This document shows, piece by piece, positions 36,980 to 46,776 of a DNA stretch of 53,299 nt. The notes beneath the pieces were generated by a model. That model saw only the letters and a list, made by a program, of their open reading frames with translations. It did not search any database and was not told the DNA's origin. How positions within the stretch are numbered: the first letter of the stretch is position 1; each line of letters opens with the position of its first letter. This stretch comes from Stellaceae bacterium (GTDB taxonomy: Bacteria > Pseudomonadota > Alphaproteobacteria > ATCC43930 > CGMCC-115725): assembly GCA_035552135.1 (NCBI GenBank), contig DASZLY010000338.1:1-53299 (forward strand), read 5' to 3'. Both the position numbers and the translations under genes were made by a program.

Positions 36980-37966
36980 ATGCGTCTCGCCCGCTAGCGA
37001 GGCGGCAAGCTCGCCGGCCGCGGCGACTGCGGTGCCGGGCTTGCCGCCGACAATGCCGACCGCGAGACCGGCGAGATGCGTCGCATCGCCGAGCGCCAGG
37101 CCGGCGCCGAGCCCTGCAGCCAGCGTCGCCACCGCGGTATCCTCGGTGCCCCCCGGATCGTAGCTTTCGCCGTGCGCGATCGTCTCGAACACGGCGCTGC
37201 CTGCCGGCTCGACGAGGATCAGCCCGTCGCGGCCGAGCGACACGACCACCGCGCCGAAATCGCAGCGTTCGATCAGCACGCGCGCCGCCGTGACGATCTC
37301 GGCCTCGTTTCCCGCCGGCATCCCGGTCGCCTCGGCCAGCTCGCGCCGGCTCGGCGTTACCAGATCGGCGCCTCGATAGCGGATATGGTCGCCGCCTTTC
37401 GGCTCGACCACGACCCGCGCGCCGGCTTCGCGCGCGGTCTGGATGATCTCGAACGCGACCCCGTCGGTCAGCACGCCCTTGGCGTAATCGGACACGACGA
37501 CGACATTGTGGCTCGTCACCGCCTCGCGCACGAGGCGCAGCAGATCGTCGCGGATATAAAGGCCGAGCGGCGCCGGACTTTCCCAATCGGCGCGCAGCAG
37601 GTGCTGGTTGACCGCGATGAACCGGGTCTTGACCGTGGTCTTGCGCTGCGGTTGCACCAGCACGTGGATTTCCGCGCTGTCGAGCGCCGCGAGCAGGTTC
37701 TGCACCTCGCGCCCGGCATCGTCATTGCCGATCACCGAGACGAACGAGACCCCAGTGCCGAGCGCGGCGAGATTGCGCAACACGTTACCGGCGCCGCCGA
37801 GGCTGCGCGTCTCGCTGTCGACCGCCAGCACCGGCACTGGCGCCTCGGGCGATACGCGGCCGACCTCGCCATAGACATAATGATCGAGCATCACATCGCC
37901 GATGCACAGCACCCGCGCGTCCCGCAGCCGGTCGATATCGAGCATAAGCTCGCTGCCCTCCGCCAT
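36917..37966 (-). CDS. PfkB-family sugar kinase, D-glycero-beta-D-manno-heptose-7-phosphate kinase (RfaE domain I / HldA)-like
   Basis: ATG 37966 in ORF 36917..38476; VLCIGDVMLDHYVYGEVGRVSPEAPVPV..SLGGAGNV..SDYAKGVL.. collinear with the E. coli HldE N-domain. Confidence 0.8.
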   Translation of the reverse strand: MAEGSELMLDIDRLRDARVLCIGDVMLDHYVYGEVGRVSPEAPVPVLAVDSETRSLGGAGNVLRNLAALGTGVSFVSVIGNDDAGREVQNLLAALDSAEIHVLVQPQRKTTVKTRFIAVNQHLLRADWESPAPLGLYIRDDLLRLVREAVTSHNVVVVSDYAKGVLTDGVAFEIIQTAREAGARVVVEPKGGDHIRYRGADLVTPSRRELAEATGMPAGNEAEIVTAARVLIERCDFGAVVVSLGRDGLILVEPAGSAVFETIAHGESYDPGGTEDTAVATLAAGLGAGLALGDATHLAGLAVGIVGGKPGTAVAAAGELAASLAGETHSEPGEAGLRVEVAAQPRRRG

Positions 37967-37986
37967 TCGCGATCTCACCCGGCGGC

Positions 37987-38505
37987 TCAGCCGGTCCGTG
38001 TGCGCCGCAGCATAACGTAAAGCGCCCCCGCCCCGCCATCCCGCGGCTGCGCGGTGGCAATCGCCAGCACATGCGGCCGGAATTCCGGCTCGTCCAGCCA
38101 GCGCGGCACGGCGCTCTTCAGCACGCCGCCGCCCGGCCCCTTGCCGCTGCCGCGCCCGGTGACGATCAGCACGCAGCGCCTGCCGGCGGCCCGCGCGCCG
38201 CGAATGAACGACGCGAGTTCGCGATGGGCCTCGGCCTGGGTCATTCCGTGCAGGTCGAGCCGCGCCTCGATCGCGCGCTTGCCGCGCTTCAGCCGCTCGG
38301 CATTGGCGCGGTCGATGCCGGCGAAACGGTCGAGCGTCAAGGGAGGCAACGCGGAGACCGCGGGCGGACCGGCGGGAGCGGCCGGCGGGTTCGCTGCCGG
38401 CTTTGGCGGCGGGGGCGGCGCCGGCGGCGCCGCGCGCAGCGGCAGCGGCTTCACCCCGTGCATCGCCCGCTGCCACAGCGCGCGATCCGCGCTCGCTTTA
38501 GCCAT
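37987..38505 (-). CDS. Smr/MutS2-related domain protein
   Basis: ORF 37987..38505; LDLHGMTQAEAHRELASFI..LIVTGRG; Pro-rich linker. Confidence 0.8.
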   Translation of the reverse strand: MAKASADRALWQRAMHGVKPLPLRAAPPAPPPPPKPAANPPAAPAGPPAVSALPPLTLDRFAGIDRANAERLKRGKRAIEARLDLHGMTQAEAHRELASFIRGARAAGRRCVLIVTGRGSGKGPGGGVLKSAVPRWLDEPEFRPHVLAIATAQPRDGGAGALYVMLRRTRTG

Positions 38506-39181
38506 CGACCAGGATCACGTGCAGCCGCCGCGGGCCATGCGCGCCCAGCTCGATGCGCTGCTCGATATCCCCGGTGCGCGACGGGCCGGTGATGAAATTG
38601 ACCGTGCGCGGCAGCGCGTCCCCACTGCGGACTAAATTATCGCGCAGCAAATCCCAGCCGTCCTCGTAGCTGGCGACGACCTGGCCGGCGCGCAGCACGA
38701 CGATATGCGTGTCGGGGAGGAAATTGAGCGTTGTCGGCGTCGTCTCGCCCGAGATGAGCATCAGCGTCCCGGTCTCGGCGACCGCGGCGAGGCACGGCGT
38801 CAGCGACACCGCGTCGCCCGGCTCGGCCTTGCCGCGGTTGACCTGCAGCAGTGGCCGCTCGCCCCACGGCAGCGCGTCGAGCGCCGGATCGGGCGCCGCC
38901 CTGATTTCGGCCGGCAGGTTCTCGGCGGCGAGATAGCGCGCCACCTCCCCCGGCACGTCGGCCGCGGCGGCGACCCGCGCCACGCTCGTCTGCACCGCCT
39001 CGGCCATCGTGACAAAGAGCTCGACCCTGCCCGCCGCGTCGAGCGCGGCGGCGCGCGCCGGGATCAGGTTGCGGCGATGCGCGGCGACCCGCGCCGCCAG
39101 CTCGCCGGCGGCGTCGCCCATCATCGCGCCGCGGCCGAGGCTGCGGCGGATGCCGCCGATTATGTCGTCGCGCGCGGTCAT
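38498..39181 (-). CDS. lutC: Lactate utilisation protein C (LUD domain)
   Basis: ATG 39181 in ORF 38498..39610, ATGA overlap with lutB; ..AETGTLML..SRTGDIEQ. Confidence 0.85.
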   Translation of the reverse strand: MTARDDIIGGIRRSLGRGAMMGDAAGELAARVAAHRRNLIPARAAALDAAGRVELFVTMAEAVQTSVARVAAAADVPGEVARYLAAENLPAEIRAAPDPALDALPWGERPLLQVNRGKAEPGDAVSLTPCLAAVAETGTLMLISGETTPTTLNFLPDTHIVVLRAGQVVASYEDGWDLLRDNLVRSGDALPRTVNFITGPSRTGDIEQRIELGAHGPRRLHVILVDG

Positions 39182-40617
39182 CGCGGGGCGCCGCGCCCCT
39201 GCGCCCGCTGCCGCTCGGCCCATAGCGCGTGAAAGCTGCGGCCTTCGGGCGCCGGCATGTCGCGCGCCCGGGTCCAGCCCGAGGCCAGCGGCAGGCTGCG
39301 AAACCGCCCGCGCCGGCCGCCGAGCCAGCCGAGCATCCGCGCCTTCAATTCGACCATTCCGTGATAGAGGCCCGGCCGCTGCGCCACCCAGGCCCACAGT
39401 CTGAGCCCGTAGCGATAGGCCGACGGCGCCTTCCCCTGCGCGAATTGCCGCTCGCGCCAGTGCCGCATCATCTTGGGCAGCGGGATTTTCACCGGACAGA
39501 CGCTCTCGCAGCGGCCGCAAAAACTCGACGCGTTGGGCAGGTGCCCGGCCTCGTCGAGACCGATCAGCGCCGGGGTCAGGACCGCGCCCATCGGCCCCGG
39601 ATAGACCCAACCATAGGCGTGCCCGCCGATCGCGGTATAGACCGGGCAGTGATTGAGACAGGCAGCGCAGCGCAGGCAGCGCAGCATGTCCTGGAACTCG
39701 CCGCCGATCAGCGCCGCGCGGCCGTTATCGACCAGCACGACATGGTACTGCCCCGGCCCGTCGAGATCGCCCGGGCGGCGCGGCCCGGTCGACATCGTCG
39801 TATAGGACGAGAACTCCTGACCCGTCGCCGAGCGCGCGAGGAGGCGCAGCAGGGTCGCCGCGTCTTCCAGCGTCGGCACGATCTTCTCGATGCCGGTGAC
39901 AACGATATGGGCCTTTGGCAGGGTCTGCGTCAGATCGCCATTGCCTTCGTTGGTGACGATGATGCTGGAGCCGGTTTCGGCGACGATGAAATTCGCGCCG
40001 GTGATGCCGACATCGGCGGCGAGAAAGCACGGCCGCAACATCGCGCGCGCCTCGGCGCAGAGCTGCGGCGCCTCGGCGAGCACGCGGGCTGGATCGAGTT
40101 CGGTATGTGCCGCGCGGAACGCCTCTTCCACCTGCTCCTTCATCAGGTGGATCGCCGGCGCGATGATGTGACTCGGCGGCTCGTGGCGCAGCTGGATGAT
40201 GTATTCGCCGAGATCGGTCTCGACCGGGGTGATGCCGTTTGCTTCGAGATGCTCGTTGAGGCCGATCTCCTCGGCCACCATTGATTTGCCCTTGGTGACG
40301 ATCTTGGCGCCGAGCGAGCGGCAGATTTCCAGCACCGCCGCGCGCGCCTCGGCGGCGTCGCGCGCCCAGTGCACCACGCCGCCCGCCGCGGTCACGTTCT
40401 TCTCGTAGAGTTCGAGGTAGTAGTCGAGATGGGCGATTGTATGGTCCTTGATCGCCTTGCCCTGGTCGCGCAGCGTCTCGAATTCCGGCAGCCGCGCGAT
40501 TGCTTCGGCGCGGCGCGCGGGGAAGCCGGTGCCGGCCATGCCGAGCGCCCGGCGCAGCACCGGATTGGCCAGCTCGCGCCGGGCGTTTTCGGTAAAATCG
40601 CGGCTTGTCGCGTGCAT
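39178..40617 (-). CDS. lutB: Lactate utilisation iron-sulfur protein LutB
   Basis: ORF 39178..40617; CLRCAACLNHCPVY and FCGRCESVCPVKIP 4Fe-4S motifs. Confidence 0.9.
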   Translation of the reverse strand: MHATSRDFTENARRELANPVLRRALGMAGTGFPARRAEAIARLPEFETLRDQGKAIKDHTIAHLDYYLELYEKNVTAAGGVVHWARDAAEARAAVLEICRSLGAKIVTKGKSMVAEEIGLNEHLEANGITPVETDLGEYIIQLRHEPPSHIIAPAIHLMKEQVEEAFRAAHTELDPARVLAEAPQLCAEARAMLRPCFLAADVGITGANFIVAETGSSIIVTNEGNGDLTQTLPKAHIVVTGIEKIVPTLEDAATLLRLLARSATGQEFSSYTTMSTGPRRPGDLDGPGQYHVVLVDNGRAALIGGEFQDMLRCLRCAACLNHCPVYTAIGGHAYGWVYPGPMGAVLTPALIGLDEAGHLPNASSFCGRCESVCPVKIPLPKMMRHWRERQFAQGKAPSAYRYGLRLWAWVAQRPGLYHGMVELKARMLGWLGGRRGRFRSLPLASGWTRARDMPAPEGRSFHALWAERQRAQGRGAPR

Positions 40618-40620
40618 CGT

Positions 40621-41388
40621 CTAGCCCCCCGGCGCGCCGATCGGCGGCACGGTGTCGGTCATGTCGGCGAGCACCTCGGCGACGTGCCGCGCCTCGACCC
40701 GGCTGCCGAGCCGCGTCAACTTGCCGGCGATGTGCAGCAGGCAGCCGAGATCCCCGGCGAGCACGCATTGGGCGCCCGTTGCCGCGATGTCGGCCACCTT
40801 GTCGCTCGCCATCTTGTCGGAGATGTCGGGGTATTTGACCGCGAAAGTCCCGCCGAACCCGCAGCAGATTTCCGCGCCCGGCAGCTCGGCGAGCTTGAGC
40901 CCGGCGACGCTGCCGAGCAGGCGACGCGGCTGCGCCTTGACCCCGAGCTCGCGCAGGCCCGAGCATGCATCGTGATAGGTCACGGTCTTGTCGCACCGCG
41001 CCGCGACATCGGTCATGCCGCGAATTTCGGTGAGAAACGCCACCAGCTCCCAGGTGCGCGCCGCCAGCGCCTCGGCCTGAGGCAGCATCGCCGGCTCGTC
41101 GGCGAAGAGCTCGGGGTAATGCACCCGCACCATCCCGGCGCACGATCCCGATGGCGCGACCACGTAGTCATAACCGGCAAAGGCGGCGATCACCTGGCGC
41201 GCGATCGCCTTGGCGTCGGCCTTGTCGCCCGAATTGTAGCCCGGCTGGCCGCAGCAGGTCTGCGCGCGCGGCACCTCGACCGTGCAGCCGGCTTCTTCGA
41301 GCAGCTTGACCGCGGCAAAGCCGATGCTCGGCCGGAACAGATCCACAAGGCAGGTCACCAGCAGGGCGACCCGCGCCGGCTCGGCCAT
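40621..41388 (-). CDS. lutA: Lactate utilisation (Fe-S)-binding protein LutA (CCG domains)
   Basis: ORF 40621..41388; VALLVTCLVD..QTCCGQP..ICCGFGG. Confidence 0.9.
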   Translation of the reverse strand: MAEPARVALLVTCLVDLFRPSIGFAAVKLLEEAGCTVEVPRAQTCCGQPGYNSGDKADAKAIARQVIAAFAGYDYVVAPSGSCAGMVRVHYPELFADEPAMLPQAEALAARTWELVAFLTEIRGMTDVAARCDKTVTYHDACSGLRELGVKAQPRRLLGSVAGLKLAELPGAEICCGFGGTFAVKYPDISDKMASDKVADIAATGAQCVLAGDLGCLLHIAGKLTRLGSRVEARHVAEVLADMTDTVPPIGAPGG

Positions 41389-41438
41389 TCATATTCTCCT
41401 GCAACGCGACGCGAACATAGAAAGAGCGCAAGCCGCAA

Positions 41439-42575
41439 TCAATCGCCCCCGGCGCCGCCGGCGCTCTGCATCGTCCGCTGCGCCACTGCGCGCGGCACCA
41501 AGAGCGCATAGCGCCCGCTCGCGTTCATCGCGCCGGCCTGACGGCCTGCCTCGTCGCCGCTGCCCCAATAGAAATCGCCGCGCACCGGCCCCTTGATCGC
41601 ACCGCCGGTATCCTGCGCCACGACCAGCTTGCGGACCGTGCCCGCAGTGAATCGCTGAGTGGCGTCGAGCCAGAGCGGCATGCCGAGCGGGATGAACCGG
41701 CGGTCGACCGCGAGACTGCGCTGCGCGGTCAGCACCACTCGCTCGCTGCCATACGGCCCGGTCGTGCCCGCGACCTCATTGAAGAACACGAAAGACGGGT
41801 CCTCGCGCATCAGCGCCTTGCCCGCTTCGCCATGCGCGGCGATCCAGTCGCGCAGCCGCGGCATCGTCATGTCCTTGAGCGGCACCTCGCTGCGCTGGAC
41901 GAGCAACCGTCCGATCGAGACAAAGGGCTTGCCGTTGCTGCCGTCATAGCCGAGGCGGATACTTTTGCCGTCCGCCAGCCGGACGATCCCCGAGCCTTGG
42001 ATTTGTAGGAAATAGGCTCCGATCGGATCGTCGACCCAGAGCAGTTCGAGCCGCTGCCCGGCGAGCGCGCCGCCATCGATCTGCGCCCGCGTATAGGCTT
42101 TCGGATCGGCCGGGCGGCGATAGATCGGCGTCTGGTATTTCCCGTCGCGGCGCAGCGAGCCGTCGAGCACGATCTCGTAATAGCCGGTGAACAGCCCGTC
42201 GCTGTTGCCGCGATTGCCCGCCAGGAGCGGCATGAACTCCCGCTCGAAAAAACCCCGTGCCGCGACATCGGAGGCCGGCAGCTGCGCCGCCGCCGCGCAG
42301 ACCGGCCGCCAGTCGCCGACCGTTCCGAAATCGCCGGACTTGACGACCGGAGCGAACGCCTCGCCGTCACCGCGCGCCGTAACCTTGGCGCAGGATTTGA
42401 CAAAGGCCGGCACCGCGGCGGCGATGCTGTCATCCATCCAACCGTCGAGCGCGTCGTAATGCAGCGGCTTCAGCGTGAGTTTCGGCGGCAGCGGGTAGTA
42501 GTGCCGGTAGAGCCCGGCGGCCAGCCCGATCGCCAGCGCGACGATGACGAAAGCCGCCGCGCGTCGCCTCCACAT
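41439..42575 (-). CDS. mltA: Murein transglycosylase A
   Basis: ORF 41439..42575; MltA-specific and 3D domain pattern (..FTGYYE.., ..AVDRRFIPLG..DTGGAIKG..RGDFYWG). Confidence 0.85.
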   Translation of the reverse strand: MWRRRAAAFVIVALAIGLAAGLYRHYYPLPPKLTLKPLHYDALDGWMDDSIAAAVPAFVKSCAKVTARGDGEAFAPVVKSGDFGTVGDWRPVCAAAAQLPASDVAARGFFEREFMPLLAGNRGNSDGLFTGYYEIVLDGSLRRDGKYQTPIYRRPADPKAYTRAQIDGGALAGQRLELLWVDDPIGAYFLQIQGSGIVRLADGKSIRLGYDGSNGKPFVSIGRLLVQRSEVPLKDMTMPRLRDWIAAHGEAGKALMREDPSFVFFNEVAGTTGPYGSERVVLTAQRSLAVDRRFIPLGMPLWLDATQRFTAGTVRKLVVAQDTGGAIKGPVRGDFYWGSGDEAGRQAGAMNASGRYALLVPRAVAQRTMQSAGGAGGD

Positions 42576-42587
42576 CGCCTGGGAGGA

Positions 42588-43265
42588 TCAGCCGCCGCCG
42601 GTCGCGACCAGCAGCCAGTTCGGATCGGACGAGCGCGTGTCGCGCGCGAACGTCCAGGAGTCGGTCTTTTCGATCAGGTTTTGCGGATCGCCGTCGACGA
42701 CGCTGCCGTCATGCGCGCGCAACACGTTGACCTGGTCGGAGACCAGCTTGAGGGTGACGCGCGCCGCCGGGCCGTCCATGCCCGCCTCAACAATGTCGAT
42801 ATCTTTAAGCTTGTCGACGCGCGTTTCGAGGGTTTCGCCCGCCGCCTCGCGCTCGTCGATCGCTGCGGCAAAGGATTTGTACGTGTCGTCGCTGAGGAGG
42901 GGCCGTAGGCCGGCTTTGTCGCCCTTGGCGAAGGCGGCGACGATCAGCGCGAACGCGCCGCGCGCGCCATCGAGGAAGCCGGATGCCTCGAATGCCGGAT
43001 CGACGGCGCTAATCTGCGCCAGCCCGCCGGCGACGGTGTTGGGCGGTGGTGCGCCGGCGGCGAGCGGGGTCGGGGTCGGTCGTTGCGTCAGGGTGATGAT
43101 CTTCTTGCCGAGCTTGTCGGTCGGCGTGGCCGGCCCGCGGGCATAGAGGTCGCGGCGGCGCTCGTTGCCGGTGCGGCGGCCGAGCACGCTACGCAGCCGC
43201 AACACAAGAAACGCGGCGACCATCGCGAACAGGATGATGTCGAAATAATGCGGGAGGTCGCCCAT
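42588..43265 (-). CDS. Tim44-like domain protein
   Basis: ATG 43265 in ORF 42588..43544; N-terminal TM FDIILFAMVAAFLVLRL; C-terminal Tim44 fold pattern; divergent from secB as in other alphaproteobacteria. Confidence 0.8.
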   Translation of the reverse strand: MGDLPHYFDIILFAMVAAFLVLRLRSVLGRRTGNERRRDLYARGPATPTDKLGKKIITLTQRPTPTPLAAGAPPPNTVAGGLAQISAVDPAFEASGFLDGARGAFALIVAAFAKGDKAGLRPLLSDDTYKSFAAAIDEREAAGETLETRVDKLKDIDIVEAGMDGPAARVTLKLVSDQVNVLRAHDGSVVDGDPQNLIEKTDSWTFARDTRSSDPNWLLVATGGG

Positions 43266-43457
43266 TAAGGTCCTGCCAAGGCTCGGATACGCTCCGCGCC
43301 GCAATAGCCTCTGATATGCGATTACATAAGGGTTCCGTGCCCGGCCGGCAAGCAGCGCCGGCAAGACCACCCCGCGCACCACCGGGCGCCGCGTCGGTTG
43401 CGGCCGCCGGGTGATCCGTGATAGCGGAGCGCCGGGCTTGGACAAAGCGGGGTTATC

Positions 43458-43970
43458 ATGGCGCAGACGACGGGCGGCAACGGGCAGGAACCGACTCCGG
43501 GCGCAGGTGCCGAAACCGCGCAGCGGCTGATCGTCAACGCGCAATACATCAAGGATTTGTCGTTCGAGAACCCGCGCGCGCCGCAGAGCTTGACGCAGCA
43601 GCCCTCGGCGCCCGCGGTCGACATCAATGTCGACGTCAACGCGCAGAATCTCGGGCCCGACACATACGAGGTGGTGCTCACCGTCAAGGCCAGCGCCAAG
43701 ATCAACGACGACCCGCTCTTTATCCTCGAGCTGGTCTATGGCGCGGTGGTGACGGTGCGCAACGTACCGCGCGATATGCTGCCGTCGGTTCTCCTGGTCG
43801 AGACGCCGCGGCTGCTGTTTCCGTTCGCGCGCAACATTGTCGCCGACGCGACGCGCGACGGCGGCTATCCGCCGCTGATGGTCAACCCGATCGATTTTTC
43901 CGAGCTGCTGCGCCGCAGCGCCGAGCAGGCGCCCGACGCGGCCGCCAACGACCCGCCGTCAGCCGGCTAA
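43458..43970 (+). CDS. secB: Protein-export chaperone SecB
   Basis: ORF 43458..43970; LIVNAQYIKDLSFENP..LLFPFARNIVADATRDGGYPPLMVNPIDF. Confidence 0.9.
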   Translation: MAQTTGGNGQEPTPGAGAETAQRLIVNAQYIKDLSFENPRAPQSLTQQPSAPAVDINVDVNAQNLGPDTYEVVLTVKASAKINDDPLFILELVYGAVVTVRNVPRDMLPSVLLVETPRLLFPFARNIVADATRDGGYPPLMVNPIDFSELLRRSAEQAPDAAANDPPSAG

Positions 43971-44650
43971 GCGGCCGCCTGGTCCCAGAGCGGGCCAATG
44001 ATCGTCGCCAGTAGCGCACGGTGCGCCACCAGTTCCTCGGGCGAGGCGGCATGCGGCCGCGCCGGACGCACCGGCCGGTCGATTACCGCCGCGATGTTCA
44101 TCGCCGCTTCCGCGTCGGCGGTGGTGAAGTCCAGCCCCGGCTGCCGCCCACCCAACAGCTCGACATAGACCTCGGCGAGGAGGCTGCAGTCGATCTCGGC
44201 GCCGTGCTTGTCGCGGCCCGACAGGTCGACCGCAAAGCGTCGGCACAGCGCATCGAGGCTCGCCGGTGCGCCGGGGTAGCGCTTGCGCGCCATAGAGAGC
44301 GTATCGACAAACGCCGCCGCCAGGACCGGCAGACCGGCGCGGACCAGCTCGGCGTTGAGAAAGGCGATGTCGAACTCGGCATTGTGGATGACCAGCGGAT
44401 CGCCGGCGATAAAGGCGAGAAAATCGGCCGCCGTGGCGGCAAAGGGCGGGTGACCCGCAAGAAATTCGGCGCTCAGCCCGTGCACCGCATAGGCCTCTTC
44501 CGGCATGTCGCGCTCGGGATTGACATAGCAGTGGAATTTCCGGCCGGTCGGCACGTGGTGCAGCAACTCGATCGCGGCGATCTCGACGATGCGATGCCCG
44601 CTTTGCGGGTCGAGCCCGGTCGTCTCGGTATCGAGCACTATTTCCCGCAT
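43967..44650 (-). CDS. dnaQ: DNA polymerase III epsilon subunit (3'-5' exonuclease)
   Basis: ATG 44650 in ORF 43967..44695; MREIVLDTETTGL (Exo I), HNAEFDIAFL (Exo II), HGAEIDCSLLAEVY (Exo III). Confidence 0.9.
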   Translation of the reverse strand: MREIVLDTETTGLDPQSGHRIVEIAAIELLHHVPTGRKFHCYVNPERDMPEEAYAVHGLSAEFLAGHPPFAATAADFLAFIAGDPLVIHNAEFDIAFLNAELVRAGLPVLAAAFVDTLSMARKRYPGAPASLDALCRRFAVDLSGRDKHGAEIDCSLLAEVYVELLGGRQPGLDFTTADAEAAMNIAAVIDRPVRPARPHAASPEELVAHRALLATIIGPLWDQAAA

Positions 44651-45291
44651 GCGGCCCTCCCCCGGAGGCGCCGCAACCGTGCGCTGCGCCGCCACGCCCC
44701 TTGTCGTACGCGCCGGATGATGGAGGCAAGCTGCTGCGCGGCAGCCGCACGGCTCAAGGCGGTGCTGACGACAAAATCCGCGCGGCGGCGCTTTTCGCGG
44801 TCGGCGAGCTGCGAATCGACGATTGCAGCAAACCGCGCGACGGTCATTCCCGGTCGCCGCATGACCCGTTCGCGCTGCAGCCGCAGCGGCGCCGAGACGA
44901 CAATCACGCCATCGACCCGGTCGATCCGGTCGGTCTCGAACAGCAGCGGGATGTCGAGCACGACCAGCCGCGCACCCCCCTGCGCCCGCTGGCGCGCGAC
45001 CCAGCGGTGTTCGACCGCGCGCACCATCGGGTGGAGGATTTTTTCCAGCCGCCGCAGCTCGTCCGGCTTGCCGAAGACGCGCGAGCCAAGAAGCCGCCGG
45101 TCGATGCCGCCATTCTCGCCGCGAACGCCGGGGAAGGCGGCTTCCACCGCCGCCACCGCCGCCCCGCCCGGCCCCAGCATCTTGTGGATTTCCGCGTCGG
45201 CGTCGTAAAGCGGCACGCCGAGCCGGCGCAGCGCCGCCGCCGCGGTGCTTTTGCCCATACCGATCGAGCCGGTCAGGCCGAGGACGATCAT
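44638..45291 (-). CDS. coaE: Dephospho-CoA kinase
   Basis: ATG 45291 in ORF 44638..45357; MIVLGLTGSIGMGKST P-loop; DIPLLFE. Confidence 0.9.
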   Translation of the reverse strand: MIVLGLTGSIGMGKSTAAAALRRLGVPLYDADAEIHKMLGPGGAAVAAVEAAFPGVRGENGGIDRRLLGSRVFGKPDELRRLEKILHPMVRAVEHRWVARQRAQGGARLVVLDIPLLFETDRIDRVDGVIVVSAPLRLQRERVMRRPGMTVARFAAIVDSQLADREKRRRADFVVSTALSRAAAAQQLASIIRRVRQGAWRRSARLRRLRGRAACGK

Positions 45292-46145
45292 CCGCGGAAT
45301 GTCGCCAGCATCGCCTGGCGCAACTCCCGCGTCACCCGTGGCGCCGCGCCAAACCATGCCGCAAAGCCGGGCCGCCCCTGATGGAGCAGCATCCCGAGCC
45401 CGTCGACCGCCGTGTAGCCGCCCCGTCGCGCCGCCGCGAGCAGCCCCGTCTCCAACGGCACATAGACGATATCGACAACGACCGCATCGCGCGGCAGGAT
45501 GGAGATATCGATATCGAGCGACGGTTCTTTCTCCATGCCGAGGCTCGTCGTGTTGACGAGGATCCCGGCATCGCCCAGCACTGCGGCGCGCGACGACCAG
45601 GGATGGACGGTGATCCGCGTCTCCGGCGCGGCGAGCTCGCGGGCCAGGGTTTCCGCACGGTCGAGCGTGCGGTTAATGAGACGGATTTCGCCCACCCCGG
45701 CGGCCGCCAGCCCGGCGACGACCGCTCGTGCGCTGCCGCCAGCCCCGAGCACGACCGCGGGCCCCGCCGCCGCATTCCAGTCCGGCGCCTGCTCGCGGAG
45801 ATTCTCGCGAAAGCCGAACACGTCAGTGTTGCTGCCTTCGAGGCTGCCGTCGGCGGCGACGATGACGGTATTCATCGCCCCGACACGGCGGGCGAAATCG
45901 TCGACGCGGTCCATGATTTTCAGCGCGGCCTGCTTATGCGGGATCGTCAGGTTGCAACCGCGAAAGCCGAGCGCCGGCAGCGCTCGCAGCGCCTGTTCCA
46001 GCTGCCCCGGCGGCACCGCGAGCGGCACATAGGCGCCGTCGATACCGTGCTCGTTCAGCCAGAACCCGTGCAGCGCCGGCGAGCGCGAATGCGCCACTGG
46101 CCAGCCCATGATGCCGGCGAGCCGCGCCGCCCCGGTTATCGGCAT
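45288..46145 (-). CDS. aroE: Shikimate dehydrogenase
   Basis: ORF 45288..46145; GWPVAHSRSPALHGFW..GCNLTIPHK..NTD..GAGGSARAV. Confidence 0.9.
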   Translation of the reverse strand: MPITGAARLAGIMGWPVAHSRSPALHGFWLNEHGIDGAYVPLAVPPGQLEQALRALPALGFRGCNLTIPHKQAALKIMDRVDDFARRVGAMNTVIVAADGSLEGSNTDVFGFRENLREQAPDWNAAAGPAVVLGAGGSARAVVAGLAAAGVGEIRLINRTLDRAETLARELAAPETRITVHPWSSRAAVLGDAGILVNTTSLGMEKEPSLDIDISILPRDAVVVDIVYVPLETGLLAAARRGGYTAVDGLGMLLHQGRPGFAAWFGAAPRVTRELRQAMLATFRG

Positions 46146-46155
46146 GGTTCACTCC

Positions 46156-46776
46156 TCACGCCCCGACAAGGCCGCGCTCGCGCAGAAAGCCGAGCAGCTC
46201 GATCAGCGGCAGGCCGAGGATCGCAAAGTAATCGCCCTCGATCCGCGCGAAGAGCTGCACGCCGCGTCCCTCGATCCGGTACGCCCCGACCGAGCCGAGC
46301 ACGGCGTCGCCCTCGGCGGCAATATACCCGGCGAGAAACGCTTCGCCAAAGCGCCGCATTGTCAGCCTTGGCGTCGACATCGCCTGCCAGAGGATTGCGT
46401 CGCCCTGAACGGCGCAGGCGGCGGTCACCAGCGCGTGCTCGCGGCCGCGCAGGCGCCGCAGATGTGCCGTGGCTTCGGCGAGGTCGTGAGGCTTGTCGAA
46501 CCAGTCATCGCCCGCGACCAGCAGCTGGTCGGCACCGACGACGATCGCGTCCGGACGCCGCGCGGCGACGGCCTTCGCTTTGGCGACCGCCAGCGCCATC
46601 GCGCAAGCCTCGGCAGCGCCGCCTGCATCGCGATACCGGCGCTTGATCGCCGCCTCGTCGATATCCGCCGGGTCAGCGGCAAATTCCACACCCGCCTGGC
46701 GCAGCAGCGCCGCACGTGCGCTGCTCGCCGAGGCAAGGATCAGCCCGGGCCTGGTCGCCTCAGGCGTCGAGGCCAT
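46156..46776 (-). CDS. maf: Maf family nucleotide pyrophosphatase (septum formation protein)
   Basis: ATG 46776 in ORF 46156..46908; LILASASSARAALLRQAG..VVGADQ..GAYRIEG. Confidence 0.85.
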   Translation of the reverse strand: MASTPEATRPGLILASASSARAALLRQAGVEFAADPADIDEAAIKRRYRDAGGAAEACAMALAVAKAKAVAARRPDAIVVGADQLLVAGDDWFDKPHDLAEATAHLRRLRGREHALVTAACAVQGDAILWQAMSTPRLTMRRFGEAFLAGYIAAEGDAVLGSVGAYRIEGRGVQLFARIEGDYFAILGLPLIELLGFLRERGLVGA

